A DNA stretch of 60,000 nucleotides from Felis catus (Eukaryota), in NCBI RefSeq assembly GCF_018350175.1, contig NC_058369.1:870001-930000 (forward strand). Direction: 5' to 3'. A model generated the notes under the pieces. The model ran no database searches, had not been told where the DNA came from, and was given only the letters and a program-made list of their open reading frames with translations. A program made the translations under genes and the position numbers. Below, piece by piece: positions 11,700-31,004 of the stretch (positions are counted from its first letter, which is position 1; each line of letters opens with the position of its first letter).

Positions 11700-12080
11700 C
11701 GAACGTGGCGTGGCCTTACCGTCTCAACCACCTTCCAGTGGCAGTGGCATCGAGCGCACTCACACTGTCGCGCAGCCGCCCCCGCCATCCGCCTCCAGGA
11801 CCTTCCATCTCCCCAGACTGAGACCCTGCCCCCATGAAGCACGACTCCCCGCCCCCTGCCATCCACTCTCTCTCTCCGTGGACGGGACTCCTCTAGGGGG
11901 TCACGTGGGACGCGTCCCTCTGTGCCCGGCTCCTGTCACTGCGCAGTGTCCTCCGGTCCATCCACACGGTGGCAGGCGGCAGGACGCCCTAACTTTCCGA
12001 GTCTGGACGAGACTCCGGCGTGTGGATGGACGCGCTGTGTTTATCCGTCCTATGCCAGCGGACGCGTTTATGTGCTTTGT
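11700..12080 (-). mobile_element. Ancient L1M(B) 3' end remnant, strongly GC-shifted
   Basis: cagtggcatcgagcgcactcacactgtcgcgcagcc...catccacacggtggcag...tgtttatccgtcc follows the L1MB 3' UTR layout. Confidence 0.6.
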
Positions 12081-13639
12081 TTTATTGTAATGTCTCTTCG
12101 CTTCGGAGGGGCAGGGGAGAGGGTCGCTGCTGAGGGGAGGCGGAGCATGGGAGGTTCCCTCCCCGCCGCCCCCCACCCCGGCCCCGTGGTGGACGCTCAG
12201 CCAGGAAGATGGGGGTCCGGGGGGCCCAGCCACCTGCCCCCTCAGAGCTCCCAGGGCCACCGGGGCAGGAGCGTAGGGGGATGGTGCGGGGTGCGGACTC
12301 CAGTCATCCTGGCTTGCGTCTGCCCTCCCGAGTCTCAGTTTTCTGACCTGTAATATGGGGCTAAGAAGAGCCTGTACCCAAGGATGGGCTTACACACATT
12401 TGCCTCTGGAAGCCCCCCCTGACCCCCCACCCCCGCCGTGGTGCAGCCTGGGTGATCTCCCGGAGGTCAGTCTAGGAGGACCAGGCGTGTCTGACTTGGG
12501 CATTCGGAGCCCAGGGCGGGTTCTGCAGGCTGATAAGCAGGCGCTTAACAAATACCTGAATTAACACCCAGATGGCGGTGTGGTGCGGAGACAGAACAGA
12601 TTTCAGGGTGACAGCGACATGATGGCCCAGGCCCATGGCCCCCCAGCCACCCACCTTCTGTCACGCTGCACTCGGTTCCCATCGGCAGGAAATTTAGGCT
12701 CCCTGGATGCAGCCACCGGGCCCCCCGTGGTGGCCCGAAACCCTTGCCTGGCACGGAGGCCGGTCCCCCCACAAGAGTACCCGAGCCTTACTCTGTCCTA
12801 TGCACTGGGGCCCCCCCGAGGGTCCCTCGTGCCTTCGTTATCCCCGTTTGACACCCCGGGTGGACATGCGACAGCTCAGAAGGTGTATCCTGTCCCTGGC
12901 ATCGTGACCGGGCCACATTCCGAAATCTGGTCTCTGGAAAATTCCAAGGCCCGACTCCAGCCACAGGGAGCCCCGCTAACCCCTCCCCATTCGTTGTGTT
13001 ATGTAACATTCGGAGATTAGTACTGTGGCATCCAGAGGCAGCCGCCCGGACTCAAACCCAGGACTGTCCCTTCCTGGCTGTGTAAGCAAAGCAACCACAT
13101 CCCCAGGCCTCAGTGTGCTCACCTGTAAAATGGGAACAGGGCCGGTTCCCGTGTCCCAGGACTTACGTAAGAGTGACACGAAAGAACACAAGGAAAGAGC
13201 TTCGAACTGAGTCTGAGCTGTGGCTCGGAGATGTCCCCGCCGGCTCCCAGGAGGGTCCCAGATGGCCCACTAGCCCTTTCACCTGGCTCCCCTTGGCCGC
13301 CCGTGCCGGGAGTCACAAACCCTTGTGTGCTCTTGGGTCCCCAGATTCTGTTCCTCCTCGCTGCCTAGCGCCCTGAATATATGGTACCCCTAACCCCCAG
13401 CGGGGCCCCTCCTGGGTCCCTGCCCCAGGCCTCACTCCCTTTCCAACCAGCTCCAGCCCCTGAGATACTGGTTTTCTTTCTCCTCCTCTGAATCCTGCCA
13501 CGGCTCCCAGTGCCACGAGAGCCCCGTCAAGCCCTCGCTTCCAGTCGCCTCTCCCTGGAAAGGCCTCCGAGAGGAGACGATCTCTCTGACCTCGGTTTCC
13601 TGCTCAGGGCAATGGGCACGTTAACACTTCACAGCCTGG

Positions 13640-13962
13640 CGGGAGGCGCCGGCTTGGAACAGCAGCGAGCCGGCTGATCGCACCGGATTGGCGCAGGGCT
13701 GTCGCGCCGGGCGCGAGCTCCTGTCTCATCACTGAAACTCCCTCCAGCCCGGTGTCCCCGTGCGCCCCCGCCCCACCCCCCACCTCGGCTCACCGCGCAC
13801 ACCTGCCCCCTCCCGGCGCCTGGCCACGCCCCGAGCGTCTGGCCACGCCCCCTCCCCGCCCCCTCAACCAATAAGACGCGCCCCAGCGGCGAGCGGCCGC
13901 GCGGTGGTCCCGCTGAGGCTGCGCCAGTGCCCGCGCCGAGCGCCCGCCAGGCTCCCGGCGGG
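13640..13962 (+). promoter_or_regulatory. PLK5 CpG-island promoter / 5' UTR
   Basis: CCAAT 13868-13872, ATTGG 13687-13691, two GGCCACGCCCC KLF/Sp boxes at about 13822 and 13841; CpG island continues into intron 1. Confidence 0.75.
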
Positions 13963-21600
<7,638 letters not shown>

Positions 21601-21745
21601 TGCCGGGGCCCCGGCTCCGTTCAGGCTCTGGTTCCCCAGAGGGGTGTCCCTGGGGACAGCATGGCGGTGGGGGGGGGGGGCGGGGGGCTCGCTTTGTGTC
21701 ATGACTGTTCAACCCAGACTTTTGTGCGGCTTTGTCCTTTTTTTC

Positions 21746-21751
21746 ATTAAA
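21746..21751 (+). terminator. PLK5 polyadenylation signal (ATTAAA)
   Basis: ATTAAA 145 nt after the stop, preceded by a U-rich tract. Confidence 0.65.
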
Positions 21752-22182
21752 GAAAACTTGACTCCCTAGCCTGCCGTCCGCCTCTCTGGTGGCGTTAGAT
21801 GCCTCGTGGCCTGGCAGCGGAGGGGACATTTAGACCAGCCTGCCCTGAGCTCACTCCTCTTCTGGGCACAGATCTCCGCCAACACAGAAACTCACACCAG
21901 AGCGGCTGTGCCATGACCCGAGAGCTGAAGCGTGTGACCTTTGCTCAGTGGCCGGGCAGGGAAGTTGGTGGCCCCTGCTCTGCAGGGAAGGCGTCTTGTG
22001 ACAGCCAGGGGACATGTGCTCCCAGGGCTGGCCGACGACTGGGAGCTACACGCAGCCTATTCTCACAGAGACACGAATTCCGGAAAGGACCGGCCGGCCA
22101 GCAAACAGCCCGGGGACAGCTGAGATTTTGAGACTGGAGGCTTGGGGAGGCCGGCTGCTCCCTGACGCTGACTGCTGGGAGA

Positions 22183-22395
22183 CCTTTTTTGTTTTTTTTT
22201 TTTAAACTTTTTATTTATTTTTGAGAGAGTGCGAGCAGGGCAGGGGCAGAGAGAGAGGGGGACACAAAATCCGAAGCAGGCTCCAGGCTCCAGCTGTCAG
22301 CACGGAGCCCCACGTGGGGCTCGAACCCACAAACCGTGAGGTCATGACCTGAGCCGAAGTCAGACACTTAACCCACTGAGCCACCCAGGCGCCCC
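22183..22395 (-). mobile_element. CAN-SINE
   Basis: Poly-T tail, (GA)n, head ccacccaggcgcccc. Confidence 0.9.
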
Positions 22396-23394
22396 ATATA
22401 GTTTTTTAAAATGCCCTCAGCCTTTAGAGAGTCCTTGGTGGGGGCGGTCCTGCCCCCAGGGGGTGTGGGGTCGGCAGCTGTCACCTGGGAGGGGGATGGG
22501 TGGGGGCGGTCCTACATCAAGGGGGTGGGGCCAGGGTGCTGCTCCGTCCCCAGGTACCCGGATGCCCCTAAGTCCCCAGTGCCCGGGAGAGACTCTGCTT
22601 TGGAGAAACTGAAGTATTCACAGGCCTGATGCTTAATTTTATTGGAATCAGGGAAGCAAACAGTGAAGATGAAAAGCAACATTGTGGGGGAGGGGTGGCT
22701 TCCGGTGCCCATGCAGCACCCTGCCCACCGCCATCGCTGTCATTGTCCCTCGGCTGGCGCCCACGTCACGTCATGTCCGTCAGGAGAGAGGACAGGGGGT
22801 TGGGGGGGTGCCTCCCAGGCAGATCGCAGCCCCGCTCAGGACCCCCTGTGCTGCGGGCGCCCCTGGGACCAGAGCGGCCCCCGGGCACCCTGCAAGCTGT
22901 CCCTGCTGAGCCACTTACTGTCGATTCCAAAAGTGTAACGTGGATGCCATCTACTTGTGGCAAGTTGCAAACTGGCAGAGCGGCCGCCTTCCTGGGGAGG
23001 TCGCGGGGGCACCGGCACTCGGGTTTCCCCAGCGAAGAAGGAAACCATCAATGTGCCCTTGCCTTTTCCCTCAGCCACGTGCCTGGATGCATTTCTGCGC
23101 CTGCGTGTGAAGGCCCGCCTCCCGCCCGCTGCCAGTGCCAGGGAGGGAGGAGGGAAAGCTGGCTCTTCGGGCCGAGGGAGGTCGGGAGGCCGCATGCCTT
23201 GGTGTGGCCTGACGTGGGAGGAGAAACTCTCGTGTACAAGGGGGGGGGAGCTGAAGAGCCCTGGGAGAACCTGGGAGGAAGGGGGTGTGGTGGGAGAGGA
23301 ACTGGCAGAAGGGAGACAGAAAACACTGGATATAAACATCCTGCGGTTTTTGCCCTTTTAGTAGTAGTATGGACATGAAATTTACATAACATGC

Positions 23395-24114
23395 AATTAA
23401 CCATTTTTTTTTAAATTTTTTTTTCAACGTTTATTTATTTTTGGGACAGAGAGAGAGCATGAACGGGGGAGGGGCAGAGAGAGAGGGAGACACAGAATCG
23501 GAAACAGGCTCCAGGCTCTGAGCCATCAGCCCAGAGCCTGACGCGGGGCTCGAACTCCCGGACGGCGAGATCGTGACCTGGCTGAAGTTGGACGCTTAAC
23601 CGACTGCGCCACCCAGGCGCCCCGAAATTAACCATTTTTAAAAATTTTTTTCATGTTTATTTTTGAGAGAGAGTGTGTGTGTGACCAGGGGAGGGGCTGA
23701 GAGAGAGGGAGACACAGAATCGGAAGCAGGCTCCAGGCTCAGAGCCGTCAGCCCAGAGTCTGACGCAGGGCTCGAACCCTCAAACCGTGAGATCATGGCC
23801 TGAGCTGAAGTCGGGCGCTCAACCGACTGACCCACCCAGGCGCCGCGCCATTAACCATTTTATTTTGTTTTATTTTATTTTTTGTATTTTTTCCCCACCC
23901 CGTTAACCATTTTAAAGTGCATAACTCAGGGCCACCCGCGTGGCTCAGTCGGCTAAGTGTCTGACTCTAGACTTCAGCTCAGGTCGTGATCTCGTGGTTC
24001 TTGAGATCAAGCCCCATGTGGCCGGGCTTTGTGCTGACAGTGGGGAGCCTGCTTGGGATTCTGTTTCTCTCTCTTAAAATAAAATAAATAATAAACTTAA
24101 AGTGTACAACTCAG
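23395..24114. mobile_element. Cluster of three CAN-SINEs (23404-23623 minus, 23639-23847 minus, 23929-24097 plus) inside an L1M remnant
   Basis: Repeated target duplications ttaaccatttt and aaagtgYaYaactcag. Confidence 0.9.
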
Positions 24115-24460
24115 TGGCGTTGAGTGCATTCATAATGTTATGCAACCACCACTTCCATCTAGTTCCAGAACATTCCATGAGCACAAGAGGAAACTCCACC
24201 CCCATTAGCAGCCACCTCCCCCAGCCCCCGGCCCCCACGAGCCCCCTTCCCGTCCCTGGATGAGCCCGTTCCGGACGTTTCACACACGTGGACTCACACC
24301 CGTGTGGCCTCTCGTGTCTGGTTCCCTCCCTGAGTGTCGTGTGCTCGGGGTCTGTCAGGGGCGTCAGGGGGTGGGCGCCTCGCTCCTGCTCGCAGCCGAG
24401 GGACGTGCCGTGCGTGGTGGGCACATTGTGATTGTGCCATTCACCTGTGGGTGGCTTCGT
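24099..24460 (-). mobile_element. L1M(B) 3' end remnant with GC-rich patch
   Basis: aaagtgtacaactcagtggc...atctagttccagaacatt...cccattagcag is typical of L1MB 3' UTR. Confidence 0.75.
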
Positions 24461-25729
24461 GTTACACATGACAGAAACCCCTCCTCACACAAAGGACCGG
24501 CTTCCAGCGCCGAAATGGTGGGGAGTCGGACGCAGGCCAAGGACTCCTTCTGCCTCTCTCTCCCTTTCTCCGTCTCTTGTGCTACGAACTTCTGTGTTGA
24601 CTTCGCTCGTTAGCAGGCTCTGAGGCCAAGTGGGGGAAATGTGTCAGCCAGACTCTCCCATCAATGCAGGCAGAAGTCCCAGGTTGAAGCCTACTGGCCA
24701 GGCCTGGGCTACGTGGCTGCCCCGCCCCCAGCCCGATCACCTGGAAGGAGCCAGAGGGGTCCGCGAGGAGGGGAGGGGATGCCGACCTTCCCCGGTCGTG
24801 TTGCTTCGCCTTGGTGTGTCTCCGGTCAACAGACGGTCTTCTGGGGGTGGCCTCCTCGCCGGCACTCAGCAGCCCCAGGGTCTTGCTATCCACACACCCT
24901 TGGGTCACAAAAGATACAGGTGTCTGCCTGGCGCTCTCTGGGGTCGCTGGCTCCGCGCCCTCACCCCTGTGACCTGATGGTGCTCAGACAGCGCCGTGCA
25001 GAGGCCCGAGCCTCCCGCCAGCAGCCCCGGCCGGCCGCCTGGGAGCGGGTCCTCGGGCCCCAGCTGAGCCCCTCGGACCAGGCAGCCCCAGCCCGCCTGT
25101 GACCAGAACCTCGTGAGAGACCCGGAGCCAGAACCACGCATCTGGACCCCTTCCCACTTCCCGAACTCCAGAAATGATGAAGGAAAAAGACAAGTGTATT
25201 TCGCTGCTTCAGGTCACTCGGCTTTGTGCCGATTTGCTACCACTCGGCGGTAGCGAAACACGCATTGGACCCAGCCCGGGACCCAGCACCCTCAGCATGT
25301 AGCTGCCCGTCTTGCACAGTGCCCTGCCCTCAGTGCCTGCCCGCGCCCGTCTGCGGCCCCACAGCGGCGCCGGCTCAGCGAGCAGCCGGCCCACATCACC
25401 CAGTATCTGGGTGACCTCCCAGACCAGCTCTCAGCCGGAGGGTGCGAACTGCAGGAGGGGCAGGGAGGCCCCCCCCCCCCGGGCTCCCACGCTGTGAGTT
25501 TCTGGAGTCTTCTTCAGACAGGGTAACAGGGCACCTCAAGAAATAAAATCATTAGCCTCCCTTTGGTGGGCGCTTGCAAGGGTCGGAGCTTCAGGAAGAG
25601 GCAGCGAATGCGTGCCAGGCCGGGCCTTTCTTTCTTTCTTTTTTATTTTGTTAAGAGGAAGCCACCGAGAGAATGGATGCTCCGAAGGATGCAGGGAACT
25701 TGGCTTCCCCCGCGCCCTGCCTCTGGACC

Positions 25730-25880
25730 ACGTTCCCATTGGTCTGTGGGAGCGCGCGATGCGACGCCTCCTCCAATCAGCAGCAGGCGGGGCGGGGCCG
25801 CCCCCCCCCCTCCCGCCGCGCTTCTGGGCAGATGTGATTGGCTGCTGCTGTGGCAACCGCGTGTGACGTCATAAAGCTTC
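25730..25880. promoter_or_regulatory. Intergenic promoter-like motif cluster (NF-Y x3, Sp, RFX-like, CRE)
   Basis: ATTGG 25738-25742, CCAAT 25773-25777, GGCGGGGCGGGGC 25786-25798, ATTGG 25837-25841, CTGCTGTGGCAAC 25845-25857, TGACGTCA 25864-25871. Confidence 0.7.
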
Positions 25881-26039
25881 GCAGGGGCCAGGTCCCGGAC
25901 GCCGGCCTCGCGTGCCCCGCCTGCTCTAATCCACGTAACTCGGCTTGGGGTCGGGGGTTCTCTCCCCCACTTACCAGACGAGGAAACTGAGGCACGCGGG
26001 TGACCTCGCTATGTAACTGCCGGGAGAAAAGTGTGGCTG

Positions 26040-26610
26040 GAGGCATGTCCACCTGCCCCCCTGCCAAACGGGGAAGTTTTAAAATCCTGGTGACTCCCGA
26101 GAGCCTGCGAGTGAGAACATACCATCGCAGACAGGTCACAGAGAACAAGAGCCTCCTGATACAACGTTTAGGAAGTGACAACATCTTAGGAATGGGGGAC
26201 AGATGAGTGGTTGCCAGGGTTACGGGGGGGGGGGACACTTGCGGGGTGGACGCACGGATTTCCCCAGCTGGTGAACTTGTGGGCGATGCCATACCACACA
26301 GGTGAGTGCGAGCAAAATGAAAACAAGTGAATTGAAATAAGGGAGGTGATTGTATCAACGACAATATCCGGGTGGAGATACTATCGATTTGTAAAATGTG
26401 ACCATCAGGGAGAACCGGGCCAAGTGCACAAGGGAGTTTCTCAGCGGCATTTGTCACAACCGCAGGTGACTCTGCAGTGGCCTCCGTAAAGGCTTCAATC
26501 ACAAAAACCCCGCTGCTGGTTCCTCCGTAAGTTAAACACAGGATTACCGTATGGCCCAGGAAGCCCACCCCTGGGGGTATCCCCAAGACGATTTCCAACA
26601 CGTGTTCGGA
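26040..26610 (+). mobile_element. Ancient L1M(C/D) fragments
   Basis: agatgagtggttgccaggg, tgtatcaacgacaatatcc, gttaaacacaggattaccgtatggcccag. Confidence 0.6.
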
Positions 26611-26898
26611 ACCAAAACTGTGTTCGAGGTTCCATGCTGTCCGTAGGATTGATTAGGATTGACATCGGCCGTCATCTCCTGCCTGAAGTGGTTGAAAATG
26701 GTTTTCAGCTCCCAATTGATACATGTAAATAGGTCAGATTTTCTCCACCGGCAAATCTCAACCTCTCTCTGCAGATGGGAGAGTAATCAGATGTATTTTT
26801 ACAGTCAGACGACATTTATTGCTTGGCTTTCAGAACTTGTCCTGGGACCCGGCCCCTGTGTCCTTCACCATGGGACCTCGTTCTGCCTCCTCGTCTCG

Positions 26899-27102
26899 TG
26901 GGGCGCCTGCGCGGCTCAGTCGTTTAAACATCGGGCTTCCGCCCAGGTCATGATCTCACAGTTTGTGGGTTCGAGCCCCGCGTCGGGCTCTGTGCTGACA
27001 GCTTGGAGCTCTGAGCCTGGAGCCTGCTTGGGATTCTGGGTCTCCCTCTGTCTGCCCTTCCCCGCGTGCTCGCTCTCTCTCAAAAATAAACATTTAAGAA
27101 AA
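26899..27102 (+). mobile_element. CAN-SINE
   Basis: ggggcgcctgcgcggctcagtcg head; aaaaataaacatt tail. Confidence 0.9.
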
Positions 27103-28139
27103 AGCCAATGAACTGGAGTCCTTTCTGCTACTGGGGACAGTGGCAAAAGTCTCATGGAGAGGGGTGTTCAAGTTGTCCTGTGTCACCCTTGGCCAAGGCC
27201 AGATCTGGTGTGAGTAAAGGAAAAACTCAGTTCTTTGGGGTCCTGTCATTTACTCAATCAACAAACATTTAGGGAGTGCCCCCTGTGTGCCAGGGCTGAG
27301 CTGCTGGCCCAGGGACGGGTCAGTGGTGAAAGGTGGAAAAGGTGGGTCCGTTTGTGGCCTGAGGGAGCCCACAACCCCGGGGGCGAAGAGACCCTAGTCT
27401 CCACTTTACCAATTCAAGCCCAACGCCGGTCCCCGCGGCCGCTGAGGCGTCATGTGCCGTTGGGGCCGCACGGTGGCGACAGAGCACGGGCTGCTCTGGC
27501 CCAGTCCGGTCGTCGGTGGGGCCTGTCCTGAGGATAGCGCAGGGGGCCCGTGGGGGCACAGGTGCTTGGGGGCTTTCGGCTTCACCCCGATTCTGCCCCA
27601 GAGCACACCCGCTCAGGGCTAGGGCGAGAAACAGGCCTCAAGGTATATCAATGACCTGTGCGCTTAGTTCTGGTCCATATTAACCACCCCCACCCGTGTC
27701 CTGCTGGCTTGGCCCCACCTTTACCGGCCAGGCAGAATTTAGGAGCCCCAAGACGGAGCTCCCGGGCACACGCCTTTGTAAATCGATGCCATTCTGTCTC
27801 TCCCCCCCCTCCCCCCCCCCGCCCCTTGCCAAATACAGCAAATACAAACACACAACATCCTGTTCAGTCTGAATTCCAGGTCAGCAACCAGCGCAAAACC
27901 TGAAATATTAAAATGAAATGATTCAGGTTAACTGGGCGTCCTGTATCTTCCAGAGTGATCGCTCCAGCTCTGGTCACCCACCGGGAGCTCTTTTCCTGTG
28001 GTGGCTCCTGTGTCCCTTGGACACACCCCCATCCTTGTGGGCTGTTTGAACACATCCTTACCTTCCCAGACCACACGGTGTCTGGGCTCACGTTGTATTT
28101 TCGCTGTGCGGGCCACAGGGTCAGCCGTGTTTGCAAGGG

Positions 28140-28540
28140 TTTGGGGTAACTTTACCGCAGCTGCACAAATCCCCCCCAAACCTGCCCGCTTAAACCACTC
28201 ACGCTGGTTCTCCAACAGCGCTGGGCTCACAGGTCCTAACACCCAGGTGAGGGCAGGGCTGGTTCCCCCGGGGCCCCAAGGAGTCCTGTTTCCCCCACTT
28301 TTCCGGCTTCCAGAGGCGCCGCATCCTGGGCCCGTGGGCCCTCCCCATCCCCCCGGCCAGCAACGCGGCCTCTCGTGAGGCCTCCCTCTCGTGAGGACGC
28401 TGGGCGCCCCAGGCACCCAGGGTCACCTCCGTCTCAGGGGCCTGGGCTTGCTGCCTCCTGCACAGTCCCCTCTGCCATGTAGGTGACATGCCGCCTCCTC
28501 TGTGACCCTTGTTGTCTTGGGGCCTCCACACACAGTTATC
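28140..28540 (-). mobile_element. MLT1 LTR remnant, GC-shifted
   Basis: Reverse complement shares motifs with 9405-9795. Confidence 0.65.
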
Positions 28541-28685
28541 CCAGTTTCTAGGGACTCTGGCCTTCCCTCCTGCTTCCCTGGTTGAAAAGTATTTCAAAGT
28601 CTGCATAGCATAGCACCTTCCCCGATGCTTCCTTGTTTGTGGCCATTTAAATTTAATTAATGCAAAATTAAAAGTTCCATTTCTT

Positions 28686-28909
28686 TTTTTTTTTTTTTAA
28701 TTTTTTTTAACGTTTATTTATTTTTGGGACAGAGAGAGACAGAGCATGAACGGGGGAGGGGCAGAGAGAGAGGGAGACACAGAATCGGAAACAGGCTCCA
28801 GGCTCTGAGCCATCAGCCCAGAGCCTGATGCGGGGCTCGAACTCACGGACCGCGAGATCGTGACCTGGCTGAAGTCGGACGCTTAACCGACTGCGCCACC
28901 CAGGCGCCC
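28686..28909 (-). mobile_element. Young SINEC_Fc with perfect 16-bp TSD, inserted in a MER3-like hAT remnant (about 28640-29050)
   Basis: TSD aaaagttccatttctt at 28670-28685 and 28910-28925; flank reads agaacattcccatcatcacagaaagttctgttggaca. Confidence 0.92.
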
Positions 28910-29124
28910 AAAAGTTCCATTTCTTAATGGCACAAGTCACATTTCAGACGCTCAGTCACTCAGTGTGGCTGGCTGGCGGCTCTTGTAATGGAGAGCTCAG
29001 ATCTAGAACATTCCCATCATCACAGAAAGTTCTGTTGGACAATGCTTGACTGGAACATTCTAGAGTGATCCTGTTCGGTATAGGAGCCATCAGCCATATG
29101 TGGCTGTTTACGTTTACATTTATT

Positions 29125-29304
29125 TAAAAATTGTTAATATTTATTTGTAAGACAGAGTGCAAGCTAGGGAGAGGCGGGGGGGGGGAGGGGGGACTCTATG
29201 CTGACAACAGACAACCTGATGGCAGGGCTTGAACTCAGGAGCCGTGACATCATGACCCGAGCCTAAGTCGGATGTTCAACCGACTGAACCACCCAGGCGC
29301 CCCC
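29125..29304 (-). mobile_element. CAN-SINE (older)
   Basis: Ends accacccaggcgcccc; acgtttaYattta flanks. Confidence 0.85.
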
Positions 29305-29689
29305 ACGTTTATATTTAAATTCTATTGGCCACTGAATTCCAGCATAGGCTGGTGTGACTTTCTCCTTGTAAAGGCTAAGGTCCAGGGGTGAGGGAGACAA
29401 AAATGGGGACTGCCGTGGAAGGCCTGACTGGGATGGATGAGACTAAAGGAGTCCCAAGGCCATGTTCCAGTTAAGCATTTCAACCTTGTCTCCCAGTGTT
29501 GTAACCCGTCCCTCTGACTACTCTTTGTCCCCTGAACGTGCCCTGTGATCCCCTCACCTCCAAGCCTTTGCCACACTGTCTCCCCGTTACCAATCAACCC
29601 CTCTATCTAGCCTTCCCCTTATTCCTGGGGCAGAATTCATCTCTCTTCTTCTGAAGTTCTGACTTACCCACCCACCATCCCTCCACTCA

Positions 29690-30030
29690 CTATCCGTCAT
29701 CCATCCATTCATTCATTCACCCTCCACCCGTCTATTTACTCATCCATCCATCTATCCATCCATCCAACAAATACTAAGCACCTTCCAGGTTCCGGGCATT
29801 GTTTATGCTTCTGTTTGGTTTGTTGGAGTTTTCCCGGCCCCAGAGGGGTTGTGTCTGCATTGATCCCCTCCAGAATGTATTCTCTGAGGGCGCAGATGGA
29901 GGGCGGGAACTACTACAAGCCAGCATGTAACATACCTACAGGTGATTAAGCCCTGATTAAGCCCCCACTTTACAGATAAGAAAACTGAGGTCAGGGAGAT
30001 GACACGCCCAGGGTCATGAAGCGGGAAGGT
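29690..30030. mobile_element. L2 3' end with (CATC/CATT)n plus MIR
   Basis: cattcattca...caacaaatactaagcacc; cactttacagataagaaaactgagg. Confidence 0.65.
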
Positions 30031-31004
30031 GGTCCGTCTGTCTTTAGAGATTCTTTCCCTACACTGGTGGGCATGAGGTGACCTATCCCTCCTGTCCCAG
30101 GGAACTCTCAAGGGAACACGTGGTCATGCAGGTGACTTATCGGTCCCGCAGCGAACCCACTTTGCAGATGGGAGAACCATGGGGTTACACTTCGGCATCT
30201 CCCTGAAATCTGGTGAGACACGGAATGGAGGCCTTCTCAGCAGATACTGGGTGAGAGTCACATTGATGTGCTGAGCCCGTGAACCCAGAGGGCGACGAAA
30301 ACTCGTCTCGGTCTTTGGCTTCCCAGAGTGTGCCTGGATGTGAAGAAGCTGACCTTTTGCTGAGCATCCCTGACCCCAGGAAACGCTCCCCAGCCCTCTG
30401 GCCAGGAATATAGCCCCTGTAGGTGGTTATGAGTTTGAGTTACTCCAGCTCACAATGGCTCAAGCAAAGCAGGAGAGCTTACTGGCACTCATAACTAAGA
30501 GGTCGGGATGGACCGCCTTCAGGCACAGCTGGATCCAGGGCCTCAAATGGCAAGCTCAAGAATCCACCTGGGGTCTCAGCTTTCCCCGGGAGCCCCAGGA
30601 GCTCTGGCATCCACATCCCCGCAGTAGAGAGCGAGCACATCCCTCAGACATTTCTGGTAAGTTCTAGGACAGCAAGAGCTCAGATCAGGCCCGCCCCTAT
30701 TACATCTTTCAGAAACCCCTTGCTTGGGCTCCAGCCCCCACCCCCTTTCCAAGGACTTACTTTCGACCCCCTCGATGTCCCGTCTTTCCCTTGACCCCTC
30801 AGCCCTCGAGGGGCTGCTTTCTTCTTGTGTCCAAAATGCCAGGGGGACTGGTCTCCACACTCTCACCTCCCACTGCCCCCATGGCCTCCGGCGGGATGGC
30901 CACGGCCTGACTTCACCCCAGGTCGCCTGGGGCCACTGCAGCCGTGTTCAACCCCACCGCTGAACTGAGGGCCAGACCCCACGTCACGTGTCGCCCACCC
31001 CCCC

